Assembly: GCA_002633005.1 (NCBI GenBank)
Contig: NMRA01000047.1
Location: forward strand, 1,229,911 to 1,293,910
Direction of reading: 5' to 3'
Length of the DNA: 64,000 bases
Origin: Phoronis australis
Taxonomy: Eukaryota; Animalia; Phoronida
A program made the translations under genes and the position numbers. A model generated the notes under the pieces. The model saw only the letters and a program-made list of their open reading frames with translations, had not been told where the DNA came from and made no database searches. Positions within the stretch are counted from its first letter, which is position 1; every line of letters starts with the position of its first letter. Positions 49,429-61,655 of the stretch are shown piece by piece.

Positions 49429-52400
49429 CTTTCTCCTGATAGCAAAAACATATATCAAGCGACTTTATTTTATTCGATTTGATGTTTACTTGTGTACAGT
49501 AAGATCACTCAGACTCTTTTGTTCCTCAAAAAATTGTCAGTAATAAATAAATCGCTTGAAAGTCGCTTGATATTTTTTGTTTTTGCTATGGCCAAAACCA
49601 ACGATTGTTAAAAGCTCCTTCAATGTTCTAGCGCTATCTATTTTCTCCGCTCTCAGATCCACATATTTGTTTCATTACGCTTTGAAATAGGCGATTTGCG
49701 AAAACATCGTAGATATGGGAAATTGTACTTAAATATTGTAAACTGTTGACCAATTGGCATTCCTTAAAAGAGAGTTAAATGAAACACGTGCACGAATGAT
49801 AATTAGTATTCGTAGTCGTAATACCGCAATATAATTCTAACCCGCACCCAAGGCATGTGCCTTGACCCCACCCTCTTTTTGGCCGAAATACAAAAACGTT
49901 CTATTTTTAGAAAAAAAAAACAAACCCCTTGTGAGTTTCATTCTTGGTCAGGTCCAATCACAATGTTCAGGAATCTCTGAGAAGTTCATTAGATATCTGA
50001 ACCATTTTCAGAAATAGCAATTCTTTTTCTCGATTCAGCAAATCTATACATTGTATGTAATTTCAACCGTTCATTGTCCAATCTCGTGTTTTCCAACACG
50101 GCTAAATCTATCAGGTATTTTTTTGATTTTTGTGTCATTGTAAAAGAAATAGTAGAAAGTATAAGAACATATACAGTTTCAATGCACAACAGCTTATGCA
50201 GTAAAATTTCGGTTTGAAGACAACATGTTTATCTTAAGGGTATTGTCAACCTGCGTGGCAGCTTCACGAGTTTCAGTCACGTTTCATCACGCCTGTTCAA
50301 TATCAACTCGTGAAAATACAGTGTATATATTTTTTAATCCTCCTTCAAAGACGAACCAGAAACTGTACTTAGAAATGTCAGAGAAGTATTCTGAATCATG
50401 TGAGAGTTAGTTTTTGTGACAAGTTTGAACATGTTTTTTTTTTTAAACGTGGATGGATTCGCATGAAAAATTGTACATTCGTTATATGCCCTATAGTCGA
50501 GGTAACGGCATCAAAATCAATTCTCACAAAAAGTCATGTGACTAAGAACAAAGGCTTGAAATGTTTGCATGCGCGCACCAAGGGAGGCTCGCAAAAAGGT
50601 CCGCCCCTGAGAGGCAAAAAGTCCGACAAAATGGAACAAAAGTCCCTAAGTAAGCGCAAACGCGCAATTCGCAGTGGTGCTCCCGTTTTTTTTTAGTCCG
50701 TCCGCTCTTTTGTTAGCAAAAGGTCCAGAACGTCAGAAATTCGAGCCCCCCATGGTGAAGGCTGGGTGCGCGCACGTTTAGTGCGCAGATTCCTGTTCAT
50801 ATGCCATTGAGTAATCAGAAAACATACTTCTTTGAGTTAATATTGAATTGTTAAAGTTATTTGATAAAAGGTGGGTGGCGCCCACGAAGGTTGACAATAC
50901 TCTTAGTTGGGAGTCGTGTTATAAGCAAGAATTTAAGGTGATTACATGTATATGATTTTTTTATTCAGAAAGCTAGGTTAAAACGCGTACAATCATATGA
51001 TGTAATTCCGATGAACACGTACCTTATTGAAAAGAGCTGTATTATGGTTATTAACAGTGAGTGCAATGGTTACGTAGAAAAATTACAGAAAATATTTAGA
51101 CATACTTCTCGATGTCTCCGATTGCGACACTCTCGATTCTTGGGAACCCCGGCTGATGTCTGGAAAACAGATAATTCGTTTTTTTGTATTTTGAGAACTA
51201 ACTAAATAAACACAAAATTTTCATCAATTTGTGACCAACAGAGACTGCTAAAACTGGCCTATTTCCATTCAAAGATTGCAGCAACGCAACTTCTGGTTCA
51301 AAATTTTACAAATGTAGAGTAACCCACGTAAATGTAACGGTCCAGTGCGTCGACAAGTGATCGTTAACATTGACAATTTATGATGCTTGAAAGTGGATGA
51401 AGTCTTAAAAAGTATCTGTTCATATACACAGAGTCAGAGAGAGACAAACGACATAAAACATACTAACTCTCAGATTCATGATTTCCGGAAACTGAGGACA
51501 TAGCACTGCTGCATTCTGGGTCCGGTGCCTAATGTCAGACTCGAACTCGAAGTTAGACTCGAAAATTTCTACTCGAAATCTGTCTCAGTCGAGTCAAACT
51601 CGATATTACGTGTCTAATGTTAATTTTCGATTCGACTGGAAGTCGAGTTTACTTGAGAAATCGTTCTCGAGTTACACTGTCCTAAGGAACTCTCCTGTGC
51701 TGTGAATTAAATACAAAATAAAATTTCTGCGAGAAATGCAGCCTCTACTGCGTGATCGTCTGCTTTTGAGTGGAAAAGTCACAGACAGCAGCCAAAAATG
51801 TAAGTATTTGAGTGATATTACATAAAATGAGTTCAATATAAAAGCAGCGAAACCGTTAACGCTGATTCATAATCCTATAGTGCGTCAGTGTGGTATTGGT
51901 GAAAAGTTATGAACAGAAACCAACGCACAACAACCCTTTTGTTGCCAAATTACGGAAAAATGTACGAGTTTAAACCCAAAACCCACCGTTATTTTGACCA
52001 GCGTTCGGTCAGCGTCCCATATCTTCTGCTCAAAGCCTCGCTTTGAACTTCTCAGTTAACGAGCTTCGCTATAGGGGTCGCCAAGTAAACGGTTTTTACT
52101 GCTGTTGTCATGTATTCTATACTAGGCCTACATGGAAAGGTTTGAAATTACATTGCTGCTTCCGTCGACGGTTTTGCGTTATGCAACATTAAACTACTTT
52201 TGTATAAAAAGACATCTAAATTGATAAAATTCATAAACTTTCGTTTAATAGCACTTGACGAAAACTACAAAAAGCACTTATTGCGTCGTTTAGAACATTG
52301 CATAAATCGAACTGTCTGAAAATTCAATTGAGTTCAATTATCCATTTCAAGGTTAATATCTTTCCAATTGTATCGAAATATACATATTTTCGTGGGGTTC

Positions 52401-52606
52401 GTAACACGTTAAAAACTCAGGAAAAATTTGCTATGTTGCCATGGTTTTAAATGCAACATCGTGGAAAATGGACTCGTTAAGGTTATATTCACAATATTCA
52501 TTTTAGAGACGAGGACGTTATGCGAATCTTCGTGTTTTTTACGTAAGAAGTAGCTGAATTAAAAATTTATTAGAATGGGTATCACAGATTACTATTGTCT
52601 TTTAGC

Positions 52607-54909
52607 ATGAAAACCGTAAGAGCTCTCGCCTCTACCAAACGACGTCTTTGGACAACAGAAGAAGAAACTGCTCATAGAAAAAGTCATGACCATGGAAACC
52701 ACGTTATTTGGTGACCACCGAGGTCTGGGTGGTATAAAATCCTCGGCCAAAAAAAGAGCGGGATGGGAGATGGTGGCAAAATTCATAAGTAGGTGAGTTT
52801 CAGTGCGCACAGTGCGAAATACACATAGTGAACATGATATTTATAGTTTCATGAATGACACTGTTAATTTCAGTTTGTCCAGAGTTTGATTTACTGTATT
52901 CCTTTAGTTTCAGCCAAAAGGTCTACTGACGAGTATAAGAAAAAAAATCAGAACTTAAAGCAAAGATGTAAGCTTTTTTGTAACAAGATAATTGCTGGCT
53001 GATTTTCTGGTACGGTTAGTAACTAAGTAAAAATGTGAACGCCTATCTGAAAGTCGGATTGTATTTCTTGTGTTGTATCTAACTTTATTTGGTATACATA
53101 ATGTTAATGCATTTTATTAATTCCTAGTTATACTTCACAATATTGACTCCCACTCCCTTCCGTTAACACTAAATGTACTTCCATGTACTCGATGTCTAGG
53201 GGGAGAGCAGTGCTGTAGTGCCACCAGTTTTTGGGATGTCCATGTAAATCATGGGTTGAGACACTCCAGCGCAGATCATTAATATAATATGAAATAACTA
53301 TCCTTCGTTTAATTCATCCTACAGCTAAATCAAAAATTGATGGAATTAAGAAGAGTGCCAAAAAGACTGGCGGTGGACCACCTGCCAAAGGCTTGGATGC
53401 CAGAGACGAGGTCATTTTGGCTCACTTCGATGCAAGGGTCGAAGTCTCCGGCATCCTGGGAAGCTTGGAAACAGATGGTGAGTGGTTTTGTTCTGCGCAG
53501 AATGCATGTTATTGTTTACACAGAGGCAAATCTACGTTTTCAGTGGGGGGGGGGTATGGATTTGCGCGAACCCGAGCCACACAACACCGAGCGTAGGGAA
53601 GGTCGGGAGGGGTTTCCCTCCTCCGGTGTAAGATTTTTTTTTATTTTAGTAGCTGACTTCGTTTTCATGGCGACACTGTTAATTTTTTTTTGTATTTTTG
53701 ATCCTGTCCCGAGGTTGGGTTTCAACCCCTTGAACCCCCCTCCAACCGTAGATCCGCCTCTGGAATCTTTACATCTGTGTGTTGGCTTTTCCATTTCCAG
53801 ATCTTGGCATGGCTGACCACAGCGGGAATGGTGGAAAAAGTATGGAGGCTGTTGGCAGCCACTAATAATAATAGTTTCCAAAATGTTGACATTCTTGTAA
53901 TGTTGTGACCCTTCGCTATGCTGAAACTGCTTGAAAGATAAAAGATTACTTTTTAATCTTCCAGACAGTGACGAAGATGAGGACATAGAGCCGGTGATCA
54001 GCCAGAAAAGAAGTAATGAGACTTTGATTATTGATTAACATGCTAGCGCTCATGTGTGTAGGGCATTTGTGCTTATAAGCTTGGACCATGGTAGAGTTCA
54101 GTAGCTGCTTCGAGGCTACAAACATCTAGTTCAAATTACGTGTAATCATTTTAAATGCTCAGCAATATCTCGTCATGCTTTTTGCGAGGTCATAGTGGTA
54201 CTGAATTCCACCACATATTCGCTGCGCCGTCATTCAGATTGAATAAAGTTTAAAAGTGTAGACATCCCTGCTCTACAGGTTTGCACAATATTTCCATCCA
54301 TAACCTGAAGCTGCGCTTATAGCTATAATTACACTCATGCGCCTTCATATAGAACACTGGAGTAAAATCAATGAAAATTGAAAATCGTCTTGCTTTTCCT
54401 TAAAAAAATATTTACGAATTATCCAACTTAACATTGAAGCAGCTATAAATGCTTCCATTACAACTACCCTTTGATTTTCAACAGTAGTCTGTAAATTGTT
54501 TATTGGATGCTATACATGTACAATTAGAATTACAATTGAAAGGTGGGACAATGAAAACTACAAAGGTGTGAACTACATAACTGAAGTAAACTAACGCTTG
54601 CCTGCGGTTTAGAAATGGTCTAAAATTAACTGAAGTGTTTCTAAAAGGAAGTAACCAAAACTTCCCATGATCCTTATTGGTAATGTGTGATGTTCATTTC
54701 AGTTTACAGAAACCAAAGTCAAACAAAACAAGGAAGAATGAATAGACGAAGCTGTACTTGAAAATTTGAAAATGGACAACAAGCGCCTGAAACTCAGTAT
54801 AGAAGTGCTTGAACTGAAAAAGCTCAATTTGGTCATGAACTTGCAAAAACATTTCAATATAGACATATCCACATTTTTCTCAAATGGTGAGGTAGCATCT
54901 GAGCAATAG
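52607..54909 (+). pseudogene. Myb/SANT-like (NAIF1/MSANTD-type) Harbinger accessory gene of element C
   Basis: Exons about 52607-52792 (KRRLWTTEEE..LFGDHRG..KKRAGWEMVA), 52914-52967, 53325-53477 (KKTGGGPP), 53964-54012 and 54703-54909 (coiled coil); one frameshift and one internal stop. Confidence 0.8.
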
Positions 54910-56530
54910 ATTTTTAAATTAAGTTTGTGTAGGACCTTATATTCACGAGTATATACATTTCGCCAAATATCTACTAAACAATTAATAGAATTTTTCAATA
55001 TAACGAACTTGGTTGAAGGCACAACTGTACATAATTTAAATTTTGGATTTAAAAATCTTCAAAGTGAACTATTTGAAAACATTTTTTAACAGTATTTTGG
55101 AGAACTTCATTAAATAAAGCAATGTATATGAAAGTTTCAAGTGAGTTCGATAAGCCATTCATGCGAAAGAGGTTCTGAAGCTGACCAAAACTAAAATTCT
55201 CTAAGGTTCTACATTTACCTAAAACAGGTTTTATGTTGTATACTTTTCCTCTGTTGTGTTCTCAGTTGAGATTTTATTAAGGACTATTGTGCTCAAATAA
55301 ATTTCGACATGTTACCAATTCCATCATGTACATTATGTAAAGGTATATGCTTCTAGAGCTAATCATTCCATATCACACAACATGCACCTTCTATTAAAGC
55401 ACTGCAAATCAAAACCGTTAATTCAATATCCAAAAAACATTAAATTTGAATGAGGTGCCACAGAAATATTAACTGTCAACCGTGCTCTAATCTATAGAAA
55501 GACATATTTCATGCCGGTCTTTCAAATGGTTTATCAGAGAGGCAGACTTGAGGGCGGCCATTGACTCATTTATAAGGTAATTGTAACCATATTTCATACA
55601 ATTACTTTTATAAGGTGATATATTAGCAGATGCCAAGACAGAGATGACAGCAATACGCATGCAGATAAAAATAAGTTGGCCCATAACAATATGTTTGGGA
55701 TAAGCTATTGAACATCTACAGTGGGCAATAATTAAACAAATTTCTTCACAGGCAAAATTAGAACCCCTTTGCTAAACTGTGTTTAATTGCGTATGTAAAT
55801 TGAGACACTTGTTTGACTAACTGCAAGGTTCACAAAGAACTACTTTCACTGACATTTCATGTCAATTTCAAAAGGCATATTGTGTGAACAATGCCAATGA
55901 TTTATAACTGTCTGAATAAATCTAAGCACTATGCGGACTAGCAACACCATACAAGCTCAAAGTGCAATAGCGCACCAGAAAACATCTTACAACGCCAACA
56001 TTGTAATTTAAAATTATAATAACAAGAGCAACACCAAGTGTTGATAGGCAACCAATATGTGCATCCCATGGAGCAGAGATACAAGGGATTATCATTATTT
56101 TAAGCATTCCCACTATGGGATGCAATGCTAGTAAACTGAAAATAGCCTCTAAGACAGAACATCAAAGCAGCAAGGCTCTCTACAACAAGAACACATTCAC
56201 CGCCCTTAATCATATAATAATTTGGGCACATAACAATCATTAGATAAATGCAAACAACTGAAACAAATAGCTTAGGTTTACTCACAAAAGGCCGGACGCT
56301 CAAACAGACAATGTGGTAATCCACAGCCAGGTACCTGTGTATGAGAGCATTAAAAGTATCATGGTACCATAAAACCTGGTACTTAAGGTCATGGTTTCAT
56401 ATTTAAATGTAAAGACCTTGCCCTGAGTAAAAAATTAATGTTGTACTGATTTATGAAATTTGACAGTACATAACATTTTTCTACAGGACGATTGAATAGA
56501 AAACTGATATATGGCTTTATCAAAGCTTAA

Positions 56531-58176
56531 AAGGGGACTGTAGTCAAAATAATGTTGCAGTTAATCGGTTTTAACATACAAATAAAACTCACATTTGCCT
56601 GACTTGCGTGCCAAACAAAAGCCGATTCGTATTTATGGTCAAAACACTAAATCCTGAAAGCGATCGCTGATTGGCTGATGTGTCAGTGACGTGAATGGCG
56701 GGGTATCGGCTGCTTTACACATTCATTGCTTATGTCATATTTTGAAGAGTTCACATCGTAATTTATCCTTGTATCAATCGTCCTTATTTTTATTGTTTGC
56801 CACAGTGCTGTAAAAGGTTCGCTATGCCTTTTTGTATGGCTGTATGGCACTGGGTTGCTCAAACTCTTCGAAAACGGTGTTTTCTAAAGGGATGGTCATT
56901 GCATACCATCGCCGGGTTACCCAAGCCTTGGCCCAAAGCTGTTTACTAAATATAGGCCTACAGGTTTGAGCCGGTATGGGTAAAAATGGACAAATAAAAT
57001 CCGACTCAAAATTACTGCCATTAAAACTAATCTCATTCTTGAGTAAACCTATTAACCAGGTTCCTAGAGTAAACTAACTTCAGCATTCACCGGAGTTGGA
57101 AAAGTTAGCGATCGTTCGTCGGCTGGTGCTAAAATTGTGATGTGTTCTCTTGAGTCGGCTTTTTGCGATAACGTCACCTGACCTTTACCAGTTTCTTTTC
57201 CCCCGATTCTTTTATTAAGTGTTCGTCGCTGCCGGTACCTAGGTTGCATACATGTTACAACAAATTACCGGAACTTGTTTCATTTTGTTACAAATTTTTA
57301 GTATTTTTATACCAGCAAACCGAATTTCAGCACAATCTTGGTGCTGCTAAGCTGTCATCATGTCCGGGCCGAAAAACGCCTCAAATTTTAGGAAATGGCG
57401 CGTGCGCCGTGTCACGAGAGTGCTGTTTTTGAAACGGACGACGCTTCTTTGTTACAAAAGGCGGCAAATTATGCTACCAGATGACGCTTATTTGATTGTT
57501 TTCCACTTAAGTGGCTGCAACGAACAATGTGAGTGTCGGTGTATACCAGATTTTGCATGCACCCCCGCCGGTACGTTAGCTTTATATGTTGATGTAGCCT
57601 AAGTTTTACGACGAGGTGACGAGCATAAGTCAACTATACCCGGGTAGTCAACGGCTGTCTGAAATGTCGCGGTTAACGGAGCTCAACACACAGTGGTATG
57701 ATAGTCTTCATACAGCTATAGTCGGTAACTTACCAACCCTTCAAATTTACAGAGTTGGGTATGGGGCTGGCGGCTGGCTGACTGGCTGGCTAGAGTCCAC
57801 ATTGCCCACGGCACAATCACACCAGTGTAAATTGTTGATGCGGACTGGTTGCACCGGCAAATTTTCGCCTGACGATGACGATGACTGGGTATCACTTTGT
57901 GTTGCCTCGGCTCAAACAGGTATACCTGGTGACCCAACATTTCACACTAAAATTTCTTATTCTGACAATAGTAAAAACGCAACTTGGCTGCACGCTAACA
58001 CAGGACAGTGACTTTGCCCCCGCCAAATACGTCACGAGACGCAGCGCTCTAAGCCGGTAATTTTTTGAGCTTCGTTAGAGAATATAACTTTTTTTGTTGT
58101 TGAATTATTTGGGAAATTAATCAACAATTCATAGAAAACTATCCAGAATTTGTTCAGAATAAAATACAGTTCCCTT
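56531..58176. mobile_element. TTAA-flanked non-autonomous element (Kolobok-like) nested in Harbinger C
   Basis: TTAA|AAGGGGACTGTA...TACAGTTCCCTT|TTAA, an 11/12 TIR match. No recognisable coding remnant. Confidence 0.55.
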
Positions 58177-59175
58177 TTAAAATATGTTATAGGTTTGTAA
58201 CCAGCGACCAGAAGGAGCACTGCCTAAGAGCTATAGTGAAATAACAGGTCACATGACCACATAGGTGTAGAATAAAAATCTTGTTACAATGGCAGAGACC
58301 AGTGGAAGCCGCCATGACAATTGCATAGTCAACAAAAACATTACATGTACTTCCAAAATTCCTCAAGAGGGAAATAGGCTGGCCGAACAGGGGCGGTGAA
58401 AAAAAAATCATCCCTTGAGACGGTGATCTAGGTCTCAAAGCAATGCCTCCACATTTCTGTCGTATTTCGTCACAAAATTCAAACATAATTTTGGTACAGT
58501 TGTAACCATTAGTAACCTTCCTGACCGGACTGAAAAAAGCAGTCGCATTGTTTGCTTCTGTTTTTTCTTTTAATATTTTTTAGTCACAGCATAAGAAGTT
58601 CACCGAAAACATTCGTATGCACTGATTCACGTTAAAAATACCAATGTTCAGACTTTTTTGAGTCGTTTCTTCATAAAATTGATTAGCACGTTCAGCATAA
58701 GGAGTTAGCCCACCCCCGTTTTCATTGCTGAAGCCAGTGAGTGCATTTATAGTAAAGTAACAAAATGGCGTAACAAATCGTCCAGTCTTCTACCAGTTTA
58801 CAGCAATAAGACCATCGACACATTTGGATTAGATATTCATTCTTCTATTTTAATGTTGAGTATTATATTCGCTTTGCAAATGAACTTTGGGTTCAGCACA
58901 TTGCCCCAGATAAACTGTCATGTTGTCAGTCAAGTTGTTCCTCATGACTCGTGAAAACATGTAGTGACGAGACGACCAAACATAAAGACCGCAATATTCC
59001 AAATATCCAACGCAGACAGGAACTGAATTTGAAAATATAACGGCCAGGTTTTATGTTAGACTATGACCTTATAAAGCAGATTTTATGGTATGCACAACAT
59101 TGGAAATGAAAGAGGTGCTGTCTCTGTTCATGTGATGAAAAACCATTAGTACATGATGACTTTCAGATTAAAGGT

Positions 59176-61655
59176 GGGAAAAATAATTATTAACAATGTG
59201 CCTACGGACCTCCCTACCATTCGCAACATCCTCTGGAATAGCTTGTAAGTCATCATCATCACGATCTAATGCTTCTCCATCAGATGGACAAATGTCACCT
59301 CGTGCAATCCCAACTTCTAGTCAATATTCGTAGGCATAAGGTATACAACTGAGGGAAAATAAAATCCTCACGTCATTCAGTGCATTATGAAAGACTTAAA
59401 ACACCCTTTTCATACCAAAAATATTGGTGCACCGACCACCTCACCTTCTCGACTGGCTCTACTACACATGGATAATCTATCATTTATTCAATTTCATAGC
59501 ACAGCTGTGGGCTTTCCCCAAATAAAGATCTACTTAAAACTTCATGAAAGTTTTCTTGGCTAGTAGGGTTATAATTTTCTTGTGCCAAAAATATTTACTA
59601 CTTTGAATTTCCTAAAATGAATGATAGCATCTGAGAGAGATCTAAACTAAATGTAACTTCCATAGATGTAAACGATTCTCTTGGTTCTATTAAGTTATAT
59701 AAAAGTGTTCAAACAATAACTTGTCATAACATTATGAACTTGAAACAAGTGTATATAGAAAAGGAATAGAGAGACTGCTCCAAAGGTGAACGGATAAGTG
59801 GTTCTACCGAAGCACATTAGATTTACCTGGACATTAAGACTGTGGAACATCTTTCGGTTCACAAAGACATGTGAATTCGCCTCTGCCGGTTTCTGAATTT
59901 TGATGTGAGTACAGTCTATGGCACCTAACACGTTCGGGAAACCTGCGATGAAATCGAAATAAAAAATGTCATCAACGATGAATGTACAGATCATGAGTGT
60001 TATATCAAAATCACTAAAGGTGAAATGATCACGAATTAATAGGACTGTATGGAACACAAACCAAGCACACATTTTTTAAAATAAACTGCATGTTATGATT
60101 AAAAAATGCTACATCATAACCATTACTAGAGATATGCTACAATTGCAACACGAATGATAGGGCCAACCTGCAGAATTGATTAATTGATTTGAAAAGAACA
60201 CCAGCAAAGGAGGTGACATCATTTTATTATGCCCTGCAAAGCTATCTAAAAATTAAAGTCCCAAGTTGTCGTCTTTTCTGATACCAATAGTGACGTTGAC
60301 GAGAATTCAAAAAGAAACTGTGACTCCTGTTTGTTGTGAGTATTTCTTATCAAAGTGTTTCTCTCTGTTCTTTTCATTAAACATTGCCTTTTTCTGTGCC
60401 ACCCATGATTATTACCGCCTGTTGTGGCTGGAAAAATAATCTATCAACAACATTACAACTCGACGAGAGACACACGATAGTACTTGCCTTACCGTGGATC
60501 AGAACAGAAGCCACGTTTCAAACAATGAACCGAATAAGGCAAATGCACTAAGTTACATCGTCTCATGGTTGAATTAACTTTCTAAAATTAAGAGAGGCAC
60601 ATTTAACGAACTTTCACGATAAATTGACAACAAAACTCATGATGACGAAGCCCTCTCTGCCCACGTTGACCGGCGATTGCAAAGGCTGAGCGCGGGAAAT
60701 GTAGGTCTGCTGTGCGTGAACTTGTAATCCTGCTTTATCTCAAGATCGTGTATGCGTGAACTTGGAATTGAATATTCTTGTAGGCAAAAAGGTGAAATTC
60801 TTGTTCGGTGAAAAAAGTTTTGTAATTATTGGCCTCGCGATCTACCATTTTCTCCTTTACCGTAACGTTTGTCGCTGATCCGGAGGAATATGTGATTGGC
60901 TAAATTGATTATTGTTTGGTGAAACTGATCGCCCGTAGTTGAAAAGGTTGGTTAAAATTGACATTGTTTTATTGTACCTTGATTTAGTGCAGTGCAAATT
61001 TTTATGAACGTGAACTTAATTATTAGAGTGACCTTGTCAAGTTGCCCCGCGTATTCCGAGTTCACGCAACACTTACTTCCGCTTAATCTTGAGATTAAGC
61101 AGGATTCCAAGTTCATGTACAGCAGGTCAACTTATAAACAAACAACGACGCCCTCAAGCGTTAGCGTTCGTGTTTAACGTTTGGCCGAAAATCCATTCTC
61201 AGTGAATAACAATTAAGAAATGATCCATATTTACCTGACAACTCAGAAAACCGGGACTTGGTTATCCTTGCGTTATCTCCCGTTGGAAATGTCACAAAGT
61301 GGCCGGCGGTCTTTATCAGCGAACAGCAAGCTTGCCGGTTTGCTCGTCCCACAGACGATTTGCCGAACTTCAGAGATTCGGCCCCGAGAGGGTGTAGCGA
61401 GAGCCTGAGGCGAGGAACCGGAGGGTCAGGAGGAGTTTGTAAAGTGGTGGTAATGACGTGTTGCTGTGATATTGGTTCAGATTGATTAGATTTAAAATAA
61501 AAACTATGGTGTTGGGGAGGAAGCGGTGTCGTCGAAATACTTCCTCGCTACTCAGGCTCTCCAACGGGTTTTGTCTGTCTTGAAGTGGTCTTCGCCCTAT
61601 GATCGCAGCTGCCCTTTTTCTTCCTCTTTCCTAAATATTGCCTACTGTCTGCCAT
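59176..61655 (-). pseudogene. Harbinger transposase of element C; central catalytic exons deleted
   Basis: Exon 1 about 61655-61235 (EEVFRRHRF..LLLTLRFLASGS), exon 2 59942-59827 (GFPNVLGAIDCTH..NRKMFHSLNVQ) and a C-terminal remnant about 59312-59176 (GREVRRHIVNNYF). I found no HDS or GDSGY segments. Confidence 0.88.
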
